Assembly: GCA_050230475.1 (NCBI GenBank)
Contig: JBFLGF010000096.1
Span: forward strand, 1-64,000
Reading direction: 5' to 3'
Source of the DNA: Ancylonema sp.
Lineage: Eukaryota
Length of the DNA stretch: 64,000 nt
Position 1 is the stretch's first letter, and every line of letters begins with the position of its first letter. Below the pieces are notes generated by a model that did no database searches, was not told where the DNA came from, and worked only from the letters and a program-made list of their open reading frames with translations. Below, piece by piece: positions 43,849 to 55,778 of this stretch. A program made the position numbers and the translations under genes.

Positions 43849-46081
43849 TCGTGAGAAGGTGCATTAGGTTTCGGAGGGTTGAGTGTTGATGTTATAAACA
43901 GTCCGCCACTTTTTGTGAAGCGGTCAGCCACCTTTTGTGAAGCGGTAAAGATTTTGTAAGGAGCTTAAATCCCTGAATATAATAGATTAAATGGTACGCT
44001 AGTGCAATCTTGTGTCCTTGAATTTTGAAGGACCGCAGGTACTTGATTAATCACAACAATACTACTCATCCATATGTTACATAGCTATAGGTTTGAATGT
44101 AAATTAGGGTACACACAACTGTGGCTTGTCAGAATCCGAGGGTATTCAAAGATTACGAACATATGTCGATAATTTTGTTAGTTACTTGCGATGATGTGAA
44201 TAAGTTTTAATATGATGTTACAAGGCCTGGACTCTTGTAAGACGATAACCGAGTCGAATCTACTTTGGCATACTCGCCAATGATATAACAATTTAGTTGA
44301 AAATGAAAATCGTGATAATCCATCCACCTCGTAATGTGAAAAAACAACAACCAACAAAGCAACTAAGTGGATTCGGTGTTGCCGTGTTGCGTATCTTGTT
44401 GTTGTTGACCAAATGCATTGTTGGATCCGTGACGGGCGTGTTCCGCATGCGTGTAAAACTTGTGCAAAAGTACTCGGCATGGTGCGAAAAGAAAAATACG
44501 AGAAAAATACTGGGGGGTCAATTTTGAATTTGCACATTTTCGTAGACCTTGTAGACCTTTAAATATCACACTTTTATATCTTCCCTTTGATGGCTTCAAA
44601 TTTCGGAGCTTCGTTTACAACTGGTGCATGAGGGTACACTTGCATCACTACGACAACGAGTAGTAACTAGTTTCGTTAAAGTACAAGATAACGTGTGTGC
44701 TTTGGAATATGGATTATTTCAAGCAACTCAGGAAAATGAAAATTGTCCGGCTTTCGGAGTATGCGCGGCTTATGTCGTCGAGTACTATTGGAGTTCCGCA
44801 TTGATAAGCACACACAAAGATATCACAAATCCAAAACCATCCGACATTTCCATCTTTTTGCGCTGCCATGAAAGTGCGTTGCTGTAAAGTGGCGGTGTAC
44901 CTTGGAGCCGGAAACCTTTGTTGGATAGGAACGACTTGGAATCTGGATATGGTAACAAGGCGTGTCTAGAATTTACATTTGAGAAAGTTTGATTTCATAT
45001 ATAAAGACGACATCGAGGACCTCACCGATCCAATGGATTGAGTTGACTGGAAACTTGATTCTAAGTAGGTTGGTGTCATTATTGGTGATGGTGGTATGGT
45101 TTTGTGTTGCATGGGTAATTGTTGCGTACTTGTACGGATCCGGGAGGAAGGACGAGTCGGTCCATGTTCAAAAGCACGTTTCGACCAAAAACACGGGAAA
45201 GCTGGCCCTTTTTCCAGGAGGTTGTATTAGCATGTGCGTTCATAAAACTTGTTTGGGTGCGGTAATACGATTTGTTTATCAATTTGGCGTTACCCATATT
45301 TCCAAAACGAGACAAATGATTTGGATTTGGATGTGTCACAATTTGATCAAATTTGATGCTCAACATGGCATGTTATCTACCAATTTCTTAAATGCGGAAA
45401 CGAAAATTGTAGTTCCGACCAGATCATCGAGTAGAAGTAGAACGAATAATGATGTGCAACTCGAGAAACATGTTGAAATTATTGTGACATGCATACTTGT
45501 GGTGTTACTACTCGTTTCCCCCTTTTCAATTCGGCGATGCACGAAAAGTGTGTACCCAGATATTGGCCAATTACATGCTAACAAATTGGCGCAATCATGG
45601 CCACACGCGATCTATATTTCTTTATCATGTCCCTCTTTTGTTGGCGATGATTGTTACTTTGATGACGAAACACAAAAAAATGGAGGGAAGAAAACTTATC
45701 GGCCCTCTTCTTACTCGGCTGGCAATCACGACCTGCTCCAAAATAATGCGGCAAGTTCACATCACAATGGGCAAACATCAACAATTGTATGCCATGCACC
45801 ACAATGTTGGCTCACGTTTTTAGGAACATCAAAAACAAGCCATTACCACTCATTCGGGTTTAACATCCTGTCAACAAAGGTGTGATTGTGAAAATGCATG
45901 CATGTGAGAATCGCCTCCAAGATGTCGAAATTTCAGAAGTCTCCCACAAAGTGGGCAAATATTTTTTGATTCAATGGGAAGTTGCATCATCACGATGTTG
46001 GCAAAAAATAGTGTGACATTTGGAGCTACGTATTCCCCCATTGCTTTTATTAAGACCAACAATAAAGGTGGCTTGAAAGGC

Positions 46082-48762
46082 TCAAAGGCTCTCTATAGTC
46101 TCTAGGAGTGGTTGACCACGTGTTTCAGGCAAAGTTAAAGTCAACAAACTTGCTACGACACCAGCCACTCCCATGCCCAACAATGGGAGGTGGGAATTAA
46201 TTTGTCCTGATACAAGAACCCACGGGGAAGCAACACCTCCGATTTCAGCAGCTAAAGATGAAAAACTAAGAGCAGTTGTACGGACCACGGTGGGAAATAG
46301 TTCACCAACATATACATACAACAAAGCAAAGGCGGCAGAAATGCCAAATTTGCCCAATAAAGCCGAGAGGAATTTCGGCCAATCTATTGATGATGACTCA
46401 CCATCCAAGACCCCTCGCATAATCTGTATCACTACCTCACGAACAAAAGGCTCTGCATGTAGATTTTGATTTGAGGGACCTCGGAGAGTAGTCGTTAAGA
46501 TACAACAACATCCACTTACGAGGAAAGACCAGCATATCAAAGTCCACCTCCCAAACTTATTGATTACAAAGGCAAGCATTATGTCCCCCGGAAACTCCAC
46601 CAACCCGTTCATAAATGTGCTAAAGTAGAGGTTAGCGCCAAAATCGCCAGTGTCTAAGCCGAGTGTGTAGTACACCATCTCCACGGTGAACCAACAAAAC
46701 ATCATAACCACCAACCGGGTGCGTAGGGCGGGTATCACAAAGAGGTTCGCGTTGCGTCCTCTTCCTGCGCTTCTCTCGATCAATGGCACACTTTCGCCTT
46801 CTATGGCACTCGTTTCATCGAATCGTGGCTCATCATGACTTGTTGAGGTGCACAACGTGATTCCGGTAGGCATTTGTTTCCCGTTTCCGGCGGCTAATTT
46901 CATCAAAACCTTCAAACTCTCCTCGCCCCGGCCATTGACCAAGAGCCACCTCGGGGACTCGCTGACGGTGGGCAAAAGTAGCGCGGCATAAAGAAACAAG
47001 GGCAAAGATGTGACCAGTAGCAGATGCCGTCACTCCCTGAAAAAGACCGCTGCAAAAGGCAAAACCATTTGGCCCAATGCGAACGCGTGCGAAGTCGTGA
47101 GACCAGCTTGGCCTCGCCTTCCGGGACCAAAAACTTCGGTCGCTAAAACGAACGCGCAGCTGTCAGCGCCGGAGAGGCAGAATCCGGTGGAGAATCGGAG
47201 GATTGTGTAGGCAACAAAGGTGGGGGAGAAGGCGGAGAGGGTTCCAAAGAGAGCCGCTAGAATCATTCCCAACTGGAGAGCCCCCTTACGTCCGAACCTC
47301 CCGTCTGACAGCACCCCAAAGGTAGCAACACCTGGGGAGAACCTGGGGAGGTGTCCAGTTTAGCCAACCAAAACTAGATTCGTGTCCAGTTTAGTCAACA
47401 AGATTACAACTCGTCACTCAACAGCTCGAGGGTTTTTTTTTTAATCCCTTTCCCCCCTCCCCTACTCTCGTGTCTGCATTCTGCATTCTGCATTCTGCAT
47501 GTAGGCACTGTGAGAAGAGGATTGAAGGCTTGGCCATCTCTAAAATACGATCTGTCTTTTTGGTTGTGGGACATGAGAGACAAACATATGCCATGTTACT
47601 GGTTGAGGGTTACCTTACAGTCGCATTCTGTTACCAGGAGTTCAAAAATATATCGAACCCCAATGTCTCTAGGCCTGGAGGTCTCACCCATCAGACCACC
47701 GATGAAAAACAGAGAGTCAGCCAGCCCAGCTTTATACTCCTCCCCGCAGACCAGGTCCCATTCAGATACAACCGTTGATTCCCCCCCGCCATCCCACGCC
47801 CATTGGTCCCTCCGGAGGCTGCATAGCGAGGCCGCATGGGAGCATGGGACTATGTGCTCGGCTGACAGCTGGATAAGGGTGTCCACGTCAGCATGATGTG
47901 CATTGCCGGTGAGTGTGTGGCTGAGAGGGCTGCTCTCGTTTATTGTGCTTTGGAGGAGCCAACCAGAAGAGATGTGGAGGGAGGTAGTGCAGTGCCATTG
48001 GGGAAGCCTCTCTGTATTCGACCAGATTCATTGGCCCAGATTCAGATACAGCGGACAGTTGACATTCCCATAAATTTGCACAGAATGTGCTATAAAGCTT
48101 TCAATGTAGCTCAAAAGAAGCGCGGGAGTACAGTTGCACAGAGACAAAAATACATTTTCCCCACATTTGAGTATTATATTTTCTAACAAAAACTAGCGCA
48201 CGAGGGAGGGCATTAGGGACATAGAGCGTGAAGGTCGCTATTATCCAAGATTAATATATGGTCCCTGGATTCACATCTTTCCGCAAGCATAAGTGCATAC
48301 TCGTGTATACACATCCGAAGCCTGATGACGTGACGCACAATCAGGTAGAATCTTCCATGTCCGAATTCGTCGGCTGAAATTCCACTCCTACACCATTAAA
48401 AAAAATTGCGTTGCGAATCTGCCATATCCGTTTCAGCTTTAAAGTTTTCCCTTCATGTGTTTTCTATCCTGGTCGGAATGTGCATGGGTATCCTCATGTC
48501 ATAATCTACATGTTTTTCAACCTTGCCCTAGTGAGTTCTATTGTTCATATATTGGGCAGTAGACATGCATACCTGTGAACACAGGTATGTATGTGTTTAG
48601 AGAAATAAGCATCCAGGCAAAGGCCACAACCACAAAATGCCAGACCTGGGAGCAGCCTACTTCGCCCACGTGTCTCTGCAAAGCTTCGTCTATGGTCAGC
48701 ACGAGGGCCGATGCGCCGTCAACTGGCGGAATATCAAGTGGTGGACCCGGAGAGGCCGCCAT
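46082..48762 (-). pseudogene. OCT: Organic cation/carnitine transporter-like MFS gene, full length (587 codons) with a single in-frame TGA at 47032-47030
   Basis: Exons 48762-48573, 48011-47688, 47331-46082, phase-consistent. Motifs LTIDEALQRHVGE, STVVSEWDLVC, LSDGRFGRK, FVLATEVFGP, VSESPRWL, ELFPTVVRT, LPETRG. FRE*RHL falls at the conserved W-R position. Confidence 0.85.
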
Positions 48763-48861
48763 AACCCAGTTTGCGGCTGTAGGCCAAGCAAAATACGGGA
48801 ATCAAAGAAGCCAGCCTCCGGCCATGATCCCCAGGAAGCACATCTCGAACGACCTTGATTA

Positions 48862-50840
48862 CAGTAAACCCTTGATATAGTGACAGTTTTATAGACAGTG
48901 GAAAATAATGTCACTATATCGAATGCCAGGGGTGTCTCTATACACTATATAGTGACATTTGATAGTGCGACTAGGGATGGGGCCCAGCCCGCAACCCCAT
49001 CCAGCCCCGCAACTCCGTTCGGGTTGCGCAACTCCCGCCCCCGAGTAGGCCAAACCCCACCAACCCGACCCGCAGCACGGAGTGGCGTGGAGTTGCGGGG
49101 TTGCGTCGGGGTGGCGTGTTGCATTTCGGGGTTGCGTGTTGCATTTTGGGGTTGCGTGGGGTTACGTGGGGTTGCGTTGGGTGGCGTGGGGTTGCGTGGG
49201 GTTGCGAAAAAAAAATAAAAGAGGGAAAAAAAACGATCCCATTATATCTCGATCTACGGTTCAATTTTTTCGTCATGAATTTCCCTCATCTTGGAAGTGA
49301 CGAAACTTCTTCAAAGTCCCACATGTAGCACTCAAATGTGTTGACCAGTGAACGATTTGTAGTGTGGGGAGGCAACTATGGCTGACGAAAGTAGCGGAGA
49401 TAGAGCTCCAAAGAGCTCCGATTCAAGCTCTGGTAATTCGCGCATATATAGTTCCCCAATAGTATTTCCTTTGGGAGAAAAGGTCTGCAGCTAGTCTGTA
49501 CACGCTTTGGTCAAGTGGGGGGTATACTTCGTACAAAAAAAGCAGACAAAAAAAAAGTGGCGAGTGGCGATAGCAAAACAAACAAAAATGCAAACAAAGC
49601 CTGGGGTTGGAGTGTAGAGTTCGATGAAGATGAGGATGTACCGACGGGCTAAGCGAAAATTACTCGTGAGTCTCTCTTTGGTTACTTGAAGATGCCGTCC
49701 ATTAGCATTGCTGACCTCCTTGCCTACAATATGGGATAGTTTATAGTAGAACCTTCTTATACATGTGCCACTATGGGGGGTAGAAAAAATATGATTCCAA
49801 ACCAGTCATCGTTTACGCTTCGAGTTATGACTGCGGCACTTTTATTCATGACAATTTTGGTATGTCTTACAATAAATTTGTTAAATGTGTCGGTCCGAAC
49901 CCAATACGTGCAATGTTCGTTGCTCAACATTCACGTGCAATCTTTTACACCCACCTAAAAACATTACTCACAAAATGGCCCCAAGTATTGATTATTTTGT
50001 GTCGTTATACTCCAAAGCGTTGCAATGGTGTCACACACCCATGAAATGATAACATTGTGAATTAGTATGTTAACAGTACAGTACAAGGTCATATGTAACG
50101 AACGACCGATTGTTATTTAATCCTTCAAAATAGTGAAGAAATGATAATTGTTGTTGCGGAGCGAATAACACGAGTTGTACGAATAAAAAGGTTTGAATTA
50201 TGATAATGGAAAAATGTACAAACTTTCGTTGCATTATGGATGAAGACACTTTCAAGTGAAGAGAACCAACTATTCAATCAAAAGCCGAACATTAACTTCG
50301 TAGGCATAAAAGATCGACATGCAAAAGAAATACAAGTTATGTTTACAGTGAGATTATCGAACTACCTTCCAATGACTGTATCTTTCTCATGTGCTGTGCG
50401 TTACTAATAAGAACGTTACTAATAAGAACGCTCAACTCGCATTACAAGTATCATACATTTGTTTCCAAACTCGTATTGCACAATTTGCTGCTGAAAACCC
50501 TTGTTTTTTTGGTTTTTTGGGGTTGCGTGTTGTTTTTTGGGGTTGCGTGTTGCTTTTCGGGGTTTCGTGATGCTTTTTGGGGTTACGTGTTTTTACTTGG
50601 GGTTGCGTGGGTTTGGGTGGGGTTGCGTGGGGTTGCGAAAAAAATAACAACACGCAACCCAAAGGGGTTTAGGGTTGCGCCCGATCCCTAATTGCGACAT
50701 TAAGCCAATGTCACTATATCGAAGGAAAGTGAATTTTAGGTTATTTTGAGCGACCAGATCTGGTGCGCAGAGGTTTTTATTGAAGAAGGTAGGTCATCTA
50801 TATAGCGTTTGTTCTAATATCCACTCGCTACAATAAAACC
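48862..50840. mobile_element. pogo/Tc1-like family F copy 2 (right end truncated), interrupted by hAT family A copy 2
   Basis: ta|cagtaaacccttgatatagtgaca start; 48862-48971 and 50691-50840 align with 33972-34195. Confidence 0.7.
48972..50690. mobile_element. Non-autonomous hAT element, family A copy 2
   Basis: Ends tagggatggggccc / gcgcccgatcccta; TSD agtgcgac / attgcgac (7/8); colinear with 8248-10177. Confidence 0.92.
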
Positions 50841-51249
50841 TCTTCGAAGTAAAACCTCTTGGAAGATCCGTGCATTTTTCCATGCTAGCACTCATGGCAC
50901 GCAAAATACGGCCGCACGATTCTCGGTTGGAGACATCATACTTGGTGAAGCTTTTGTCCGAAAGAAAACTTTAAAATTTGACACTAAGGACATTATAGGA
51001 CACTAAACAGATACTCGCCTTAGGAAACACGAATGACATTATTTTTCATTGTGGAAGGTTGTCATAAATATTTTGGTTACAATTTTATTCAGATATAATA
51101 CAACAGGAACTGGAATTCTAGGACCTTTTTGTTTTGCACCATGCTTTCCTCGCACACTTGTAATATATCGCCACATGGCAATATATATAATATTTTGCGC
51201 TAGTAATAAGCACATACTACTCGAACGTAATCAACACGCAGTGTCCGCA

Positions 51250-51778
51250 CTCTGCACCAGCTAAAGCTTGTTCAATAATGAATTAGTGACTACTCTGCAC
51301 GCTGCGGCGTGTATGCTTAAAGGCGGAGCTCTCGATCAAATCGTGCACAAGCTCGTGTTTAGTTGAGAGTGAATCGTCCCTCAGTTGGCAATGGACTACC
51401 CATGCCACTGGAAAAGCTCTATGAGCTCGAACTGTCGATGCGGGATGAAATCCGCATATGAAGGTTGACTTACGTCACGTATGGTTGAATCCGTACAAAC
51501 GGACACGGAGTTCGACCCGTCGAAGGACCCGTTGAATAATAGACAATTACCGGCTCCATGCGGGGGCCACCGCCCCCGCATTTAATATTGAACAAGTATT
51601 AATTGGCGCAACCTTGCGCCAAGTATTAATAATACTCAGGCAGGGCGCAGGCCCTATGCCGGCGTCCCTCTCCATATAAAACTTGGCTTATAGGCGCAAT
51701 CGATAATTAACTTAATTATCGATAAAACAAGAGTAATGCATAAATGCCCACGTCACTCCGTTACACTTTCCCCCCCTT
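51250..51778 (-). mobile_element. Putative LTR (far boundary undefined) with adjacent polypurine tract on the minus strand
   Basis: Minus strand AAGGGGGGGAAAG (51778-51766) is immediately followed by TGTAACGG at 51765, the typical PPT-3'LTR junction. Confidence 0.5.
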
Positions 51779-52289
51779 AAGTGGCCATGTTTGCATTGAC
51801 CACAAAAAGGTACCTAGGACTTAAACCAATTCCGCAGTGCGGACTTAACTTGTACGTCGGAAGACGTTGCTCCAACTATGCGCTTAACACTCTTTGTAAT
51901 GTTGTCCTTAGTCGTCAGCCGGCCAATCTGATCGAAGAGCACGGACAATGAACATGGAACTGGTAGATCACGGGGGCCAGCACAACAACAACCATTACTT
52001 GTTAGTCCGTTATCACTGCAAACCCCTCAGTTACCAAGAGTACGACAATCGGTGAGAAAAATTGCTACATTACACATATTCGCCCATCGAGACAAAGAAT
52101 ACAAGTATCCTGCGTCGATGGTTACCCCTTGGACACGCTCATTCAAAGATTTTCTGCAAAAATATTTTTTTGCTGCATCTCTATATATTGCACGCAAGCA
52201 CAACGACCACGCTAAACAAATGGAGTTTGACAACCTCATGCTTAGTCAAGAAAGCGAACGATTATTGAAGAGATTTTGCTTGCCGCAAA

Positions 52290-53380
52290 AATAAAATTCC
52301 CATGGCAACCTTTTTGGCCTAGCATTTTGTATGACAACTATAAGTGCATTACCCCACTAGTACGACTTGTCGACCCACAATACGGCCTTCATGTATGGTT
52401 ACCGTTCGCAGGTATCGACCTTTCTAGACTCATCATGCTACTCAAAGGAGGATTTCGAATCTCTACTCTTACCACTCAAGAAGACGACCCGGAGGCACAA
52501 ATGTCACAACGACGACAAGTTAAGGACATCCAGTCACTATTCCCAAGACAGCTACCCAACTCTGCATTAAATGGCTTTGATACAAGATTACCAAATTCAC
52601 TAGTGAATACGACGAGTACCGACCTCTCTCGTATGATCATGACTCATGGACTAGTGGACTTCATCTGCGGAAATTGGCACACCGAGGTAATCCGTAATGA
52701 GACACCGGTTACCACAATCAAAGATCCTCGAGTGGCAGCCCTGTTTACCCTACACACACGCACTCAACAACTCTAGAAGGAGCAGCCATTCATGCCTACA
52801 TACATGTTCTACAACCACACCAAGCCACCTGATTACCCCTTGTGGTCCAAGGAACTTGTACATGTAGCATCGCAATTTCTAGGTAAAATTATAGCAGTCA
52901 ACGCTTTACAACTTGGTTCCCACTGTTACCGACAAACACATATTTGGCAGAATACATTTTCAAATGGACAACTTCGAGCAGATGTTCCCAAGGACCGATG
53001 GATCTCCAACATTGAGCGATTACTCAACCTAGGACACCAAGAACAAAATTAAAAGGCCAACATTGACAAATATGAAAGCAACTATTACCAGTCCCACGAC
53101 GAAAGACAGTTTATGCCGCCGATTACACCTTACCAAGACAACCCTTTCTATGTTCTAACATGGCGAGGGCATGCTTAAAGACAAGACCAACAATCATTGG
53201 GTATCACCCACACCCGGGGAGCGTGCGAGATTTTTACATTGCAATTTGGATGACATATCCATTCCTGCACACCCGGATACCAACTATTTTAACAAACGCA
53301 ACTGCCAACTCCTTGGAAGAATGTTGGATAACAAAATATGTACATGGTACGGAGGTCTACTTGGTGCATTTCATCGACAA
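52290..53380 (+). pseudogene. Degenerate C5 cytosine DNA methyltransferase domain of the retrotransposon-associated Dnmt3-like type
   Basis: Ordered motifs: I GLHVWLPFAGID (52384-52419), family-like QSLFPRQLPNSAL..FDTRLP, IV VDFICGNWHTE (52654-52686), IKDPR, VI TYMFYN (~52798), VIII VNALQLGSHCYRQTHIWQN (~52897-52953), then GEGMLKD..SPTPGERARFLH...RNCQLLGRMLDNKICTW (IX/X-like). Stops at 52774 and 53050, frameshift near 53160. Confidence 0.75.
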
Positions 53381-54094
53381 TCCCAAGATATGGGGGGGGG
53401 TGCAGCCACAACACCAATCATTCCTCAGAAAGCGGAGACCCCATCTGCATCCAACAATTTCTTTTCTGGATTTGAATTTGCAACATCGGACACCAGCTTT
53501 GAGAACGATTACCCATTCTCATTCCAAGTACACGTGGACAAAATGGACGAAAACATCAACTCAAAAATTTTGCATCCAAATCCACAACATCAACGTCAAC
53601 AGTCACTATCCCGGAGGTTACTTGGCAACCAGACAAAAATCCACTACAAGACTTACCCTACAGTCTCCCGATAGACTTGAAAGATCCAAAACCCAAACAC
53701 AATGTGCGAATGATACATTTCCTGGATGAAACTGTGATACACTTTTGTCAACAAAATATCACCAAGAGCCAAAACAATCACTGTGACATCAAACAAGAGC
53801 CTGCTTCGGATTTTGACGATGACATGACATAAGACAAATACTTGTTTATCGATGGTATACATGGTTTTTCAAAACATAACTTACCTTAACATCTGAGGCT
53901 GAATCCAAAATATTTTCAGTTCCATCTACATCCGCATCACTCTCTGCATACCCACCACTTCAACAAACCCGACAACTTGTCATTTTACTGCTTCAAACAT
54001 CAACTCCTGTGCTACATGCTACAATTTGTATATGTGATCCAAATCACCTTACCCTCTTTTTTTGATCACCCAGATGTGAACGCATAGCTCTTCA

Positions 54095-55766
54095 TAGGGT
54101 TGGGCAACCTTAAAAACTATAGCAATTTAAGACCCTTAATTAAGGTTTTTAAATTAAGGTTTTAAACCCCTTGGATTTTCGGACCCTTAAAAACCCTCAA
54201 AATGTGGTCCCTTAAGAACCCTTGAAAATGTCACGTAACTACTTAGGCTACAGATCGTCTGTTTCTCTCGGATGCCTCGTTCCTTAGCGGGTGTCTGTCT
54301 GCACATTTGTCAGGCAATGAGTTCTTGGTGGGTCCTGAGATCATCAAATGTCAGGTGCCGAGTCTGTTGCTGCTTTCTAGATGCTTCGTCAAGCTCCTGC
54401 CGCACGAAGAGAGGGAAGGCCATTGGGGCCTATGTGGGGACACTTCACGAAGGTGGAGAAGAAGAACAAAGTTCATGTTTGGGCGTCATGTACCACATGC
54501 ATGAAGGCGGGTACGTTGGACGGAGTTCATACGTAAATTAACAAACTAGGTTGTCTTCGCCGTCGCTTTATTGTGGCCATGTCAAATATCGTTGCCTTCG
54601 CAACATCCACTAATTCGAAACCCGGGGAATGCAGGAGCAGAAACAAGAGTCGGGGGGGGCGTTGAGAGCACGAAGGCGCACATTCGAACGTGCGCCAATC
54701 TTTCAGATAATTAGAAGGCCGTTATTCTTGGCGTAGAATTAAAGCAAGCTGGTGGAAGCGGTGGCAGTGCCAAACAGTCTACTGTTGCACGTGGTTGAAG
54801 GAGTATCTCGACCGATTGATGAGGAGAAGCTGCCAAAATTTCACAAAACTTCAGGCGACCCTGTCAGCCAATCATCCAGCTGTTTCATGAGCTAGAGTTG
54901 GAAGGATTAGAAGACAGAGCTGTCGAAGCTAGCGTCCAAAATGTTTCACAAGTGATTAGGAAGACGAAATTGTCAAAAATATTTGGGCCGCTGTCGTCTT
55001 GAATGACACAAACGTGGACACCGTTAAGGGACAAGAGTACGTGGGTAAACATGGTTTTATCGTCCTTCCCCCTAGTTTGTAGCCCTAGTTTGTCGTATAA
55101 TCAAATGCCTTTCGTAGTTCAAGAGTTGTTGTTTAAGGAGGTAGAGTCTATCGATTACAGGAAAATGCATTTGTGGAATCTTTTTGTGCTCTCGAGAACG
55201 AGGGTGCATGCGTTTGCAAGATGGTATAACACATTTAGAGTGTAAGTTAAACTTCTAGTTCATGAGTTTTTAATATGTTTTTAGACTCGTATTATAAAGA
55301 TCGAGAGTCATTTCCTTTTTGGGATGAGATAGAAATGAGAGCAAGAGAATTTGTGATGTCCTTTCGTGGTCTACAAACATTATTATGCCTTTTGATCACT
55401 ATTTATCCAAATCGTGGAATTGCCTCAAGACATAGTACTTATGGTTACCAACTGAGTCATCGCTTTCCTTAGACATGTATGTGCATGAGAATAACAAAGA
55501 TGTATGAAGAGATGATATACAATGACAAGTCATAATATTTTACACACATCAATGAGGGTTTGCAGATCAACATAATGATTTTGTGTGAAACGTTATTTTT
55601 CTTCATAATTGACAGTTTTTAAGGTCGCCAATGAGTTTCAGTGGTTTGATTTGGCTCCGAAAACACCTCGTTGGTGGGTTATTAACAAGTAAGGTTTGTA
55701 AGATTTAAAGTTTTTAAGGTTATAAATGGACCGGGGGGGTTTAAAAGGCTTTAAAACCCAACCCTA
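54095..55766 (+). mobile_element. Decayed hAT DNA transposon with transposase remnants
   Basis: TIRs tagggttggg / cccaacccta; perfect 8-bp TSD gctcttca; BED-finger-like WW...VRCRVC (~54325-54370); fragments like TQTWT and ARWYNT resembling hAT DxWT and TRWNS. Confidence 0.82.
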
Positions 55767-55778
55767 GCTCTTCAATCT

